64,000 nucleotides of DNA from a virus. Location: positions 1-64,000 of IMG/VR virus record IMGVR_UViG_3300016476_000256. The stretch is one strand, 5' to 3'. The position numbers were made by a program, and so were the translations under genes. Below are positions 51,365 to 61,338 of this stretch, one piece after another. The notes beneath the pieces were generated by a model, which made no database searches, was not told where the DNA came from, and saw only the letters and a program-made list of their open reading frames with translations. Numbering within the stretch: position 1 is the first letter of the stretch; every line of letters starts with the position of its first letter.

Positions 51365-53263
51365 ATGAGACAACACTATGTAATGGACTATGAAACTTTG
51401 TGCAATTGTTTCATTGGAGTCTTTGAGGGAGTAAAATCTGCAGATCAAGAAATCTTTATTATCCATGAGTCTAAGAATGATATTCTAGAACTAATTACAT
51501 TTCTAGAAAGAAACATAGCTTATAATGAATGGCATGTAAGTTTCAATGGTCTTGGATTTGACAGCCAAATTACCGAGCACATTTTAAGAAATAAAGAACA
51601 ACTACTTGAGCAACCTGGCGGTAAAATTGCCAAGTTCATTTACAGAAAAGCTCAAGATGTAATTAACAGAAGCAACAATGGTGAGTTTCAGGAGTATTCT
51701 CCTAGAGACCTCAGCATCAGACAGCTTGATGTTTATAAACTAAATCATTGGGATAACAATGCAAAGAGATCTAGTCTAAAGTGGATACAGTATACTATGG
51801 ACTGGCATAACATTATTGATATGCCTATTCATCATACTACTGAAGTTACAGCAGAACAAATACCTGAGATAGTCAGATATTGTATTAATGATGTTCAGTC
51901 CACTAAAAAGATTATGCATCTCTGTAAAGATCAAATAGATTTACGGAGAACCTTGACAGATGAGTATGGGATAGATTTATACTCTGCATCTGAGCCAAGG
52001 ATATCTAAAGAATTATTTTTATTGTTTCTAAGTAAACAGACTGGTATCAAAAAGTATGAGCTCCGCCAGATGAGGACCAACAGACTAAAGATTACTGTTA
52101 AAGACATCATACTACCTTATATAGAATTTAAAACAGCTACCTTTCAGAATCTTCTGAAAAAGTTCCAGGATGTAGTTATCTATCCCGGAGAAACAAAAGG
52201 TGGGTTTAAATATTCTGTAAGGTATAAAGGTGTACAGACAGATTTTGGTTTGGGTGGTGTTCATGGTGCACGCTCTACTAAAGTATATGAGTCTAATGAG
52301 GACATGATAATAATGACGTCTGACGTTACTAGTTTCTATCCTAATCTTGCTATTAGAAATAAGTGGGCACCTGCTCATTTACCTAAAGAAGAATTCTGTA
52401 ATCTGTATGAGTGGTTCTTTGAGGAAAGGAAGAAGATTCCTAAGAAAGATCCCAAGAACTATGTATACAAGATTATTCTGAATTCAACTTATGGGCTTAG
52501 TAATGATGAGAATAGTTTCTTGTATGACCCAGAGTTTACTATGAGAATTACTATCAATGGTCAGCTTAGTCTTACTATGTTGTATGAGATGATCTGTGAA
52601 GAAATACCAAATGCTCTGCCACTTATGCAGAATACAGATGGTTTGGAGACTATGATCCCTAGACAGTATGTAGATAAGTATATGGAGATTTGTGAAAGAT
52701 GGGAGAAGATTACTAATCTACAACTAGAGCACGACAAGTATTCTAAGATCATTCTAGGTGATGTAAATAATTACATTGCTATAACAGAAGATGGTAAGTC
52801 TAAGTGCAAGGGCCGTTTTGAGTTTGCTAATCTAGCAATGCATAAGAATAAAAGTTTCCTAGTTATTCCTAAAGCTATCCATGCATATTTTGTGGATGGA
52901 ATTAAACCCGAGGATTATATTAAATCTAACACAGATATATTTGATTTCTGTGGGGGTGTAAAGATAAAGGGAGACTGGAGCTTTTATCAACACAAGATTG
53001 TTGATGGCGAATATTTAGTTGAAAAACTGCAACACACTATCAGGTATTTTATTTCTACCAAAGGGACCAAAGTTATTAAGAAAAATAACACCGATGATAG
53101 AGAGATACAGATAGAAGCAGGTAGATGGTTACAAACTACAATGATTGACTATGTAGAAAAACCGTTTACCGAATATGATATTAATTATGATTATTACTTG
53201 GACAAGATCAATAAAGAGATAAGAGATCTTGAGCCTATTGTTACACAATATAGTTTATTTTAA
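51365..53263 (+). CDS. family B DNA polymerase (compact, exonuclease domain at the extreme N-terminus)
   Basis: Exo I YVMDYET, Exo II FNGLGFD, Exo III YCINDVQ. Pol motif A DVTSFYPN, motif B KIILNSTYG, motif C QNTDG. Confidence 0.85.
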   Translation: MRQHYVMDYETLCNCFIGVFEGVKSADQEIFIIHESKNDILELITFLERNIAYNEWHVSFNGLGFDSQITEHILRNKEQLLEQPGGKIAKFIYRKAQDVINRSNNGEFQEYSPRDLSIRQLDVYKLNHWDNNAKRSSLKWIQYTMDWHNIIDMPIHHTTEVTAEQIPEIVRYCINDVQSTKKIMHLCKDQIDLRRTLTDEYGIDLYSASEPRISKELFLLFLSKQTGIKKYELRQMRTNRLKITVKDIILPYIEFKTATFQNLLKKFQDVVIYPGETKGGFKYSVRYKGVQTDFGLGGVHGARSTKVYESNEDMIIMTSDVTSFYPNLAIRNKWAPAHLPKEEFCNLYEWFFEERKKIPKKDPKNYVYKIILNSTYGLSNDENSFLYDPEFTMRITINGQLSLTMLYEMICEEIPNALPLMQNTDGLETMIPRQYVDKYMEICERWEKITNLQLEHDKYSKIILGDVNNYIAITEDGKSKCKGRFEFANLAMHKNKSFLVIPKAIHAYFVDGIKPEDYIKSNTDIFDFCGGVKIKGDWSFYQHKIVDGEYLVEKLQHTIRYFISTKGTKVIKKNNTDDREIQIEAGRWLQTTMIDYVEKPFTEYDINYDYYLDKINKEIRDLEPIVTQYSLF

Positions 53264-53265
53264 TT

Positions 53266-54459
53266 ATGCCAAAGAAAATTGCTGAATGTACAAAGGCGCA
53301 CTTAGTTAGTGTGCCTCTACCAAATCATGGTGCTACTTATACTGTAATTAGTCACCAATCTGTTATGGATTATGTATATACTGAGCTTGCTACTGCAGGT
53401 TTCAGCGTTGTTCATGAGGAGTATAGATGTACTGCCGATGGACAGATTGCTCATGGGATTTACAAGTTGAATTACAACAATGACCCTGAGCTATCAATGA
53501 TGTTTGCTTGGACAAACAGTTATAACAAACAAGTACGATTTAAGTGTGGTGTTGGTGGTTATATTAACTTAACCGGAACAACTATGGTTTGTGGAGATAT
53601 GGGAAGCTGGGCTCGTAAACATACTGGAACAGCTGATGAGGAGACAATTAAAACCATACAAGAGCAAATAGCTAATGCACACATGTATTATAATCAGTTA
53701 TGTGCAGACAAAGAGTCTATGAAAGGTATCACACTAAACAAGAGAAAGCAAGCTCAGCTATTGGGTATCTTGTTTGCGGAGTATCAGATTCTTACTACAG
53801 AGCAAGCTAGTATTGTAAGACAACAAATGGACAGACCTAGTCATGTCTATGTAGATAGTAACAGCTTGTGGGCATTCTACAACTTTGTGACTATAGCTCT
53901 ACAGCATTCTCATCCTAAGACTTGGATGGAAGATCAACGTGTCTTACATTATTTTATCTCAACTGTTAATAACTTCCAACAGTGCAGTGCACCTGCACAG
54001 GTGATTACACCTGCTCCTGTAGTTGTTGAAGCTGAGGTACCTTCAGTTGATCCTAATCAAGTAGACCTGGAAGATCTTATTGCACAAGTAGAAGCAGAAG
54101 CAGCTATGTCAGATGCAGTAGTAACTTATACTGATCCAGCTGGAAATACTTTTGAAGCTCCTGTAGTTAATGAGAATGACCCAGAAGATGAAGAAGATCT
54201 AAATGATTGGGTAAATCTTCCAGTAGAGGAATTAGCTAGGCCAGAAGATTTTCCTGGATATGAGCCTGATGAGAATCAAGAGTATACAGGTGAGAATTCA
54301 TCTTATATGAGTCTAGAAGTATCACCAGAAGAAAGAGATCAAGCAGAACTAGACATTATTAAGTTAGAAGAAAAGGATGTATCAGAAGATACTAACTTAG
54401 ATGACTTAATATTTAATATTAAAGATGAAGATGATGATGATTCATCAGACTTTTTCTAA
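53266..54459 (+). CDS. DUF932-like protein with long acidic C-terminal tail
   Basis: AWTNSYNKQVRFKCGVGGYINLTGTTMVCGD resembles the DUF932 core as I recall it. The C-terminus is D/E-rich. Confidence 0.45.
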   Translation: MPKKIAECTKAHLVSVPLPNHGATYTVISHQSVMDYVYTELATAGFSVVHEEYRCTADGQIAHGIYKLNYNNDPELSMMFAWTNSYNKQVRFKCGVGGYINLTGTTMVCGDMGSWARKHTGTADEETIKTIQEQIANAHMYYNQLCADKESMKGITLNKRKQAQLLGILFAEYQILTTEQASIVRQQMDRPSHVYVDSNSLWAFYNFVTIALQHSHPKTWMEDQRVLHYFISTVNNFQQCSAPAQVITPAPVVVEAEVPSVDPNQVDLEDLIAQVEAEAAMSDAVVTYTDPAGNTFEAPVVNENDPEDEEDLNDWVNLPVEELARPEDFPGYEPDENQEYTGENSSYMSLEVSPEERDQAELDIIKLEEKDVSEDTNLDDLIFNIKDEDDDDSSDFF

Positions 54460-54497
54460 AGGTCCTGAAAAGGGTAATAAATAACAACGGAAAGATG

Positions 54498-54530
54498 GGG
54501 GAATGGCTTAGGCTGTTCCCCTATTTTTTT
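54498..54530 (+). terminator. intrinsic terminator, conserved hairpin copy B (GGGGAA-TGGCTTAGGCTG-TTCCCC)
   Basis: 6-bp stem 54498-54503/54516-54521, then TATTTTTTTT. Confidence 0.7.
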
Positions 54531-54542
54531 TAATTTTACAAC

Positions 54543-54953
54543 ATGAAAGAACAATTAAAAGCAGTGGCTGAGTTCCACAAAGCATTCAAACAAAAAGATG
54601 GTAAATGGCCACAACCATTAGAACAAAGTGAGTATGTACTTAGACATGCTCTTATGAAAGAAGAAAATGATGAGTATCTAGAGGCATGTGAGAAAAACTC
54701 CCTTGTAGAAATAGCTGACGCACTAGGTGATCAGTTATATATCTTATGTGGAACTATTCTAAAACATGGTATGCAGGATGTAATTATAGATGTATTTAAT
54801 GAGATACAGGCTAGTAATATGAGTAAGTTAGGAGAGGATGGTAGACCTATTCTTAGAGAAGATGGAAAAATACTAAAAGGTCCTGGGTATTTTAAACCAA
54901 ATCTTAGTAAATTTATAAACCAACCATATGAAAAAAAAGAAAATGAAGATTGA
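54543..54953 (+). CDS. MazG-like nucleoside triphosphate pyrophosphohydrolase
   Basis: EENDEYLEA...EIADALGDQLY is the typical MazG EExxE/ExxD metal-binding helix pair. Confidence 0.75.
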   Translation: MKEQLKAVAEFHKAFKQKDGKWPQPLEQSEYVLRHALMKEENDEYLEACEKNSLVEIADALGDQLYILCGTILKHGMQDVIIDVFNEIQASNMSKLGEDGRPILREDGKILKGPGYFKPNLSKFINQPYEKKENED

Positions 54954-55119
54954 ACTTAACGGTAAAGAAATGTATATCACCTTTGTTTCAGAAGATAGCA
55001 ACTATGTTCTTGTAAGCAAAGACAAAGAAGGTACACTTGGTAAGTTTAAACTTAATACAAGTGAACTTGAAGGAGTTGATATAAGTAAACTTAAAAAAGT
55101 TAAAAAGGGGAAGAGATAA
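54928..55119 (+). CDS. hypothetical basic protein
   Basis: 63-aa ORF. Last gene of the plus-strand block. Confidence 0.5.
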   Translation: MKKKKMKIELNGKEMYITFVSEDSNYVLVSKDKEGTLGKFKLNTSELEGVDISKLKKVKKGKR

Positions 55120-55137
55120 TCTTCCCCTTATTTTTTT
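55102..55137. terminator. bidirectional terminator between convergent blocks
   Basis: GGGGAAG/CTTCCCC stem (55107-55113/55121-55127), flanked by AAAAA on the 5' side and TTATTTTTTT on the 3' side. Confidence 0.7.
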
Positions 55138-58100
55138 ACTGTAAATTTTCAAATGCTTGGTATTTCTTAATAGCCCAAATACCACCTTCTGTTAATTCAT
55201 TTTTACCTTTAAGTCCATAAAGTGACCCTAAGTGATTCCAAAGTTTATATTCTCCTTCTTTTTGCCATCTATAAGGTCCTATATCTTGACTATATCTAGC
55301 TTCTTTTTCATCACCTTCTGCAATATTATAAAGATCCTGACCTATTTTAGTATACAACACAACTGTATTATCTAATGCTATTGTTGTTGTTTTAAAATAC
55401 TTTGTTCCTTGCTCTGGAAGATAAATAGGTACAAAAGATTGGTTTTCCATTTTAGTCATTATCAAAAGATAAAGCAAATGGTTTTCAAGTTGACCTTGTG
55501 TTGTTGTACCTCTTGCTTTTAATTTTTTCCACTTATCTTCATCATCTGGGTCATATCCAAAATACCATGACCCAATAATCATTGCTAATAAGAAGTATCC
55601 AACATTTTCAACAATTACTTTTTTGGCTGCAGCTTTTTCATCCTCAGTCATTATTGCAGTATCTTTACCTACTGATCTAATAAGTCTCAAGGCATTCTGT
55701 AGAGTATTCATGTAATAACCTTTATCTAAAGTATTAGTATCCCAGTTATATACATATCCACCTCTATTACCTTTATCAGTATCTATTTGAAACTTATCAA
55801 GGAACATTCCTGTAGCAAATCTTTTGTAGAAAGTAAATGCGCGGTATCCTAAATATTTTTCAGCTTGTGGTGTATCAAATACATCCATTAAACCTGTTGT
55901 CTTTTTCTGTGCAGATTGTAGTAAGAATTTCATATTTAAGAATTCTTCCATGTTACCTACAGTGATTTTATCTCCGGGTTCAAGTTTTGATATATCAGTT
56001 ATACCACTTCTTCTTTTAACTTGTTCAGGTGTTATATTATATCTTTTAGCAATACTTTCAAAAGTATCTCCACGTTTATATTCATGATCTACTTTTTTAT
56101 AGTCATATGCTGGATCAATACCTTCTTTTAGTTTTAAAATACCTTTATCATCTGTTTCCCATGCATCAGCATAAGCTATATCCTCAGAAGATCCTGCTTG
56201 AGGAATGTATTTATTATACATCATACCCCAGAACATTTCTAAAGCTGCCTCAAGTTCCATTGTTCTTCTAAAGTCATATGCATAAGTTAAATCTGCTAAG
56301 TCTTTTAGTTTTGATCTAGAAGATGATTTACCAAAGTTTTTATCAAACATTGCTGTAGGATCCATTCTTTCTACTAACTGTATGTCAGCTGATTTAATTC
56401 CTTGCTCATAAATATCTTTGAAGACCCAGTACATTGCAGATTGTTTAGCTTTTGCATATCCTTTAGCTAATGACATTGGTGTAACATTTTTACCACCTGC
56501 TGCGTATATAGCATTTTGATAAAGCATCCCCCAGCGGTTTTTAATAGCTGACTGTGGATCAAATGCAATAAATGCTCTTGATGATCTTCTAAATAAACCT
56601 TGAACAATTTTAGTTATCCATGCATTTTCTTCATCAAATGTTCCAGTAGTTTTACCATAGAAGATTTTTCTGACCTGATGTTTTACTGCACCTAGTCTTC
56701 TATTATCCTCTTTACTGATAAATTCTTTTTTACCTGTTCTTTGATATTCTTGTTTATCAATTTTTGATAAATCTTTAATACCATTCTGATCAAGAACACT
56801 TTCTAAAGCTTCAGCAATTGGTTCATTTTCTAATAATACTTTTTGTTCTTCTAGAGAGAGTAGATAGTCATACATTCCTCTTAGTACATCTTTAGAGACG
56901 CGCTTTTGATCTAAATTATATAAACCTCTAATTCTAACTTTATTAACTGGTCTTCCATCTAAGTCTGTTGTAACTAAATTAAAATTAGCATCATGATTAA
57001 ATCCAAACTCTGAATCATCCACATCTCTACCAAACCAGGTTTTCCATAAACCTTTAAATCCACCAACTTTTTCTAATAAGTTTTCTTTAGCTTCTCCAGA
57101 TGCAACATATTCTAAATTACCTCTTTTTCTAAACCTTGGCATTTCTAAGTACAATCTACTTGAAACAGGTTTATCTTTTTGAATTTGTAGCATAGATTCA
57201 GTAATTGCATTTAATAACTGAAACTCTGGACCACCAGCATTTTGCATTTCTAAATATTCTTCATTTTGATATTTTTTATCAAATGCAGAATTAGGATCAC
57301 CAATTTTATACTCCCTAGGTAAATAGTTACCTTTATTATCTACAATGGTTCCAACATAATTATCCCAACTTTCACCTCTTGGTATTGTTAAGAATTCACT
57401 TTTTATTCTACTCTTAGTATATTTACCAGCAGGTCTTCCTATAATTTTTCTTTCTGTCTTAGTTAGGGGGTCAATAATTTCTGTTGTAACATAATGATCA
57501 GTATTATTTGGAACCTTCATTGTCCAAGCAGCAATTCTAAAGTTTTTAATTACATCCCTATTTAAGTCTATATCAAATACTTCTTTTTGATAATGATTCC
57601 TACCATACCATTTTGCAAACTCTGGATTTTCTAAAGCTTTAACTAAATTTTCTCCATTTATCCACTTATCTGCATTGTCTAAATTTATTTCAGGAAGTTC
57701 CATATCTCTTATAGCATAGTTAAATGCTTCAAGATAATAGTCTGTTGGAATTTTACTTTCAAGTTCTCTTAGTTCTGCAAATCTTGCTTTAAGTGCTGCT
57801 AATTCTGCAGTAGTTAATCCCATTTCATTTTTAATAGAAAGTATTTCTGCATAATCTTTTCTTTCTTCTGGAGTTAATTTAGTTCCAGCAGCAGCTTTTG
57901 CAATGTATGAATCATACCTTTTAGTTTGATCTTTTGTCAATCCAGTCTTTCTATCAAACTGTTCTTCTAATGCTACTATTTCATCTTCTATTTTCTTTAA
58001 AAGATTAATTTGTTCTGGAGAAAGGTTTAACCCGTTAGGTTGTCCATTAGCATCAGATGTAGAAGTAGATAAATTAAATCTAGTTTTATAAAGTTCAGCT

Positions 58101-61100
58101 AAGTCTAATGCTATTTGAGATTTTTTATTAGCAACCTTTGAAGTTATTTTTCTGATTTCTTCTAATATTCTTTTTCTTTCAGCATAAAACTTAGATGTAT
58201 AGGCTATTTTAAAATTAGACTTTAAGAATTTACTAATTTGTTTTTGATATTCATTTTGAGTTTCCCCTTCTTTAGGTTCAGCTTCCGGGTCTATACCTTT
58301 AGCTATCAATCTATTATGAAAATTATCTAGATCTTTTTGTACTCTATCTACATCTACATCATAGTCATACATGTTTCTGGATAACTCTCTGTGTTTTTTT
58401 CTTAGTAAAACTCTTTGAAGTTCTTCACCTTCTTTTGGCTCACCTTGTAGATTATATATATCAAATAATCTGTTATACTCTAATCTTGCTTGTTCTTCTG
58501 AATCATTAAAGTCATATAAGTCTTCTAGGTCTAAGAAGTTAACATTTTTTAAAGTATTCATTTTAGAAAGCTGATTCTGTCTTTCTACATAAGAATCAAA
58601 AGCAACTTTAGGAGATACTGTAATTTCTTTTCCTGTAAATGGATCAGTTACTACAGCCCCTGTGTTCCAGATTTTTTGAATATCATAGAAAGCTTTTGTA
58701 TATCTTCTATGCATGTATTTTTCTTCAAAGTCTTGAATAGCCTGATAAGCATCTTTCATACCTTGCTTATCATTTCTATTTCTAGCCTCTTTAAAGTTAT
58801 TTTGAAGTTTAGCTAAATCATATCTATAGTTTTTAAACTTGTTCTTAAAAGTCCAAACTTCTTTTTCTTGAAAGTCTCCATTATTGTCTACATAACCAAC
58901 CTTATCCAAAAACAATAGCATGTCACCAAGCTGATTTGTTTTAAACGGTTGATAACCAACAGCATTTAATAGTGGTAATAACTTGTATGTTATTTCATCT
59001 GCCTGATCTTGGGCAGCTTGTTGAGCTTCAAATATTTTAGTTTTTACAAATCTTGTAAATGAACCAGCAATAGGATCATCCATATTTGCATAAGGAGTGA
59101 TAAATGCAGTATAGAATGATATGTCTCCTCTTTCTCCTCTTAAGTATTCTTCAATTTGTTCTTTACCTAAGCGTTTGAACATGTATTCATTTACTGCTTT
59201 AACAACCAACTTAGCTCTTCTAGGAGTAATATTTTTTAAACCTATATTCTCTAATGTATATGTTTCTCTACCTTTAGTATTAACTACATTTTCTATAAAG
59301 GTTTCTATATCTTTTTCAGAATATCCTTCTGCTTTTAATATTATACCAACTCTTTCCTTCAAGTTTTTTTCAATAGAACCCTGCATTAACTCTGTTTGAT
59401 CTGCAAAGAAGTCAGAGATAAACTTAAATTCTATTTCCGCTATTTTTTTATTAGCTTTTTCAACTGAGTTTTGTATTGAGTTAAGTGTCTTATAAAACAA
59501 ACTTTCTTTATCAAGCGGTAAATCTTTTAACTTATCAAGTAAGGCCTGTTGATTTTTTAAAGATGTTTTATAATAAATAACTCTTGAAATATTTTCATTA
59601 GTTTGACTTTCTACTTTTGTTAAATCATCAAGAATTTTTTCAATACTTTCAACAAAGGTTTCTATTTCATTTAATGAGTTTGTAAGTGCTAATGCTCTAA
59701 GTCTTGTTTCAGCTTCTATATCTTCTACAGCTCTAATAACATTTTCTGGATCTATATCTTCTGCTTTTACATTGACTGTTTGATACTTAGAAAGCTCTTC
59801 ACGGATGTAATTTAAAATCTTTGTTCCACCACTTTTAACCAATAGATCTTTTACTTTAAATGGAACTTGCTTCAAACTATTAAGCTGACGCATGTTATTA
59901 TCATAGATTCTATTGATCTCTTCTTGTAATCTTTCAACTGGAATACCTTTAAGCTCATCAATCCTTCTAGCTACTTCACTCTCTAGTTTTTTAAACTCAG
60001 GATTATTAACATCAAAAATTTCAAAAGATTCTATCTCAAACTCCTCATTAGCAAGCATGTTAGCTAACTGATCTAAAGTAGTACTTTGACTTAGTTTATT
60101 TAAATTAATCTTTGAAGCTACTTGTGGACTAAATGCTTTTCTAATTACTTTCTTAATGGCAAACATTAATTTGTCTAAGAACTTTTTAAATTGAGAAGAT
60201 GGAGCTGTACCTTTTCTTTCAATAGAGGTAACTAATGCTTCTCTAATAAAAGCTTTTGACCCTTTCTGAAGATTAGGGTATACTCTTTCTATATATGCTA
60301 TAACATCCAGACCTTCTGGTGTCATGCTTAATTCAGCATATAGATTATCAAATAGCTGAGGGTTCTCTTGTTCAATACCTTTTATTAAGGGATGTGCAAA
60401 CTCATGTAATACATTATCTACTGATAAATTACCTTCTACAAAGTATACTTTATTACCAAAGAAGAATGCTGGTTCTCCGGCATATTCTGTTGGAGTATTT
60501 TTTAATAATATTTCAGCAGCTTCAGGAGTTACTAACTCCCATTCTACATTTAAAGAATCCGATAATTTATTTGCAAGTGTAGTAGCAATTTCTATTGCTC
60601 TTTCACTTTCAGCATTATATGTATCTGCAGAAGCTTCTTCAGCTGTCATTCTAGTTATAATATCTGCTTGTCTTCTAAACTCTGCTTCTGTAATATTTGG
60701 ATCTACACCCAATGTTTCTTCAGAGTTTCTTCCAAACAGGTAGTCATCACTATAATCTACACCTGCTCTTTTAGCATCTTCCTCTTGTATCTTTCTTGCC
60801 TCCTCTTCATATAATTGTTCTTCAGGAGTTTTTTCTCTTACCTCTGGTTTTATATAAGCTCCAGTCTTAATTATATTTTCTAAATCTGACACAGGTTTAT
60901 TTGATTGAGTAGCATCTACAATTCTAGACTGTGCTCTTTCTATTTTACCTTCAATGTCTAATTTACCACGAACTTTTCTAAGACCCCATGTATGTAAATC
61001 TGCTTGACCAATTCTTTCTACATTATATGTCATATATACTGTAGAGATATTATTATTTCTGTTGTAATTATTTTTTCTAGAAACAGCTTGAAATAATTTT

Positions 61101-61333
61101 ATTTTTTGACTTTCACTAATTTCTTTTGAGAAACTTTTACCAATTTCTTCTTTGACTTTAGATATTGGTATTAGACCTAATGCTTCTTTAACATTTTTAT
61201 TTTTAATAAAATCATTATAGGCAGGTGTTTCACTATTAAAAAATTCCTGGATGAGATTAGAGACTTTTGTTTCTCCAAAATCTTTTACCATTTTTTGTAC
61301 ATCAGGATCACCAAAGTTTAAACAGAATGACAT
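55136..61333 (-). CDS. giant virion-associated/ejection-type protein candidate (HExxH motif, LysM domain, C-terminal TM segments)
   Basis: 2065-aa uninterrupted ORF. HEFAH at 60392-60406. LysM-type segment YKRGDTFESIAKRYNITPEQVKRRSGITDISKLEPGDKITVG at 55955-56080. Hydrophobic YFLLAMIIGSWYFGY near the C-terminus. Long coiled K/E-rich middle. Confidence 0.55.
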   Translation of the reverse strand: MSFCLNFGDPDVQKMVKDFGETKVSNLIQEFFNSETPAYNDFIKNKNVKEALGLIPISKVKEEIGKSFSKEISESQKIKLFQAVSRKNNYNRNNNISTVYMTYNVERIGQADLHTWGLRKVRGKLDIEGKIERAQSRIVDATQSNKPVSDLENIIKTGAYIKPEVREKTPEEQLYEEEARKIQEEDAKRAGVDYSDDYLFGRNSEETLGVDPNITEAEFRRQADIITRMTAEEASADTYNAESERAIEIATTLANKLSDSLNVEWELVTPEAAEILLKNTPTEYAGEPAFFFGNKVYFVEGNLSVDNVLHEFAHPLIKGIEQENPQLFDNLYAELSMTPEGLDVIAYIERVYPNLQKGSKAFIREALVTSIERKGTAPSSQFKKFLDKLMFAIKKVIRKAFSPQVASKINLNKLSQSTTLDQLANMLANEEFEIESFEIFDVNNPEFKKLESEVARRIDELKGIPVERLQEEINRIYDNNMRQLNSLKQVPFKVKDLLVKSGGTKILNYIREELSKYQTVNVKAEDIDPENVIRAVEDIEAETRLRALALTNSLNEIETFVESIEKILDDLTKVESQTNENISRVIYYKTSLKNQQALLDKLKDLPLDKESLFYKTLNSIQNSVEKANKKIAEIEFKFISDFFADQTELMQGSIEKNLKERVGIILKAEGYSEKDIETFIENVVNTKGRETYTLENIGLKNITPRRAKLVVKAVNEYMFKRLGKEQIEEYLRGERGDISFYTAFITPYANMDDPIAGSFTRFVKTKIFEAQQAAQDQADEITYKLLPLLNAVGYQPFKTNQLGDMLLFLDKVGYVDNNGDFQEKEVWTFKNKFKNYRYDLAKLQNNFKEARNRNDKQGMKDAYQAIQDFEEKYMHRRYTKAFYDIQKIWNTGAVVTDPFTGKEITVSPKVAFDSYVERQNQLSKMNTLKNVNFLDLEDLYDFNDSEEQARLEYNRLFDIYNLQGEPKEGEELQRVLLRKKHRELSRNMYDYDVDVDRVQKDLDNFHNRLIAKGIDPEAEPKEGETQNEYQKQISKFLKSNFKIAYTSKFYAERKRILEEIRKITSKVANKKSQIALDLAELYKTRFNLSTSTSDANGQPNGLNLSPEQINLLKKIEDEIVALEEQFDRKTGLTKDQTKRYDSYIAKAAAGTKLTPEERKDYAEILSIKNEMGLTTAELAALKARFAELRELESKIPTDYYLEAFNYAIRDMELPEINLDNADKWINGENLVKALENPEFAKWYGRNHYQKEVFDIDLNRDVIKNFRIAAWTMKVPNNTDHYVTTEIIDPLTKTERKIIGRPAGKYTKSRIKSEFLTIPRGESWDNYVGTIVDNKGNYLPREYKIGDPNSAFDKKYQNEEYLEMQNAGGPEFQLLNAITESMLQIQKDKPVSSRLYLEMPRFRKRGNLEYVASGEAKENLLEKVGGFKGLWKTWFGRDVDDSEFGFNHDANFNLVTTDLDGRPVNKVRIRGLYNLDQKRVSKDVLRGMYDYLLSLEEQKVLLENEPIAEALESVLDQNGIKDLSKIDKQEYQRTGKKEFISKEDNRRLGAVKHQVRKIFYGKTTGTFDEENAWITKIVQGLFRRSSRAFIAFDPQSAIKNRWGMLYQNAIYAAGGKNVTPMSLAKGYAKAKQSAMYWVFKDIYEQGIKSADIQLVERMDPTAMFDKNFGKSSSRSKLKDLADLTYAYDFRRTMELEAALEMFWGMMYNKYIPQAGSSEDIAYADAWETDDKGILKLKEGIDPAYDYKKVDHEYKRGDTFESIAKRYNITPEQVKRRSGITDISKLEPGDKITVGNMEEFLNMKFLLQSAQKKTTGLMDVFDTPQAEKYLGYRAFTFYKRFATGMFLDKFQIDTDKGNRGGYVYNWDTNTLDKGYYMNTLQNALRLIRSVGKDTAIMTEDEKAAAKKVIVENVGYFLLAMIIGSWYFGYDPDDEDKWKKLKARGTTTQGQLENHLLYLLIMTKMENQSFVPIYLPEQGTKYFKTTTIALDNTVVLYTKIGQDLYNIAEGDEKEARYSQDIGPYRWQKEGEYKLWNHLGSLYGLKGKNELTEGGIWAIKKYQAFENLQ

Positions 61334-61338
61334 AATCT

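Noticed and set aside
51365-53263. Protein-primed (phi29/PRD1-type) nature of the compact PolB, suggested by Exo motif numbering almost identical to phi29.
   Set aside because: The motif A to motif B spacing (~49 aa) leaves no room for a TPR1 insertion. The phage also encodes a primase and a DnaB-like helicase, and no terminal-protein candidate is evident.
58346-58366. DYDVDVD string in the 2065-aa ORF as a possible DxDxD catalytic motif of a crAss-like virion RNA polymerase (also VFDIDLN nearby).
   Set aside because: An isolated Asp-rich heptad in a D/E/K-rich coiled region is not evidence for a double-psi beta-barrel active site. I cannot see the second conserved barrel motif. It is only worth testing by structure prediction.
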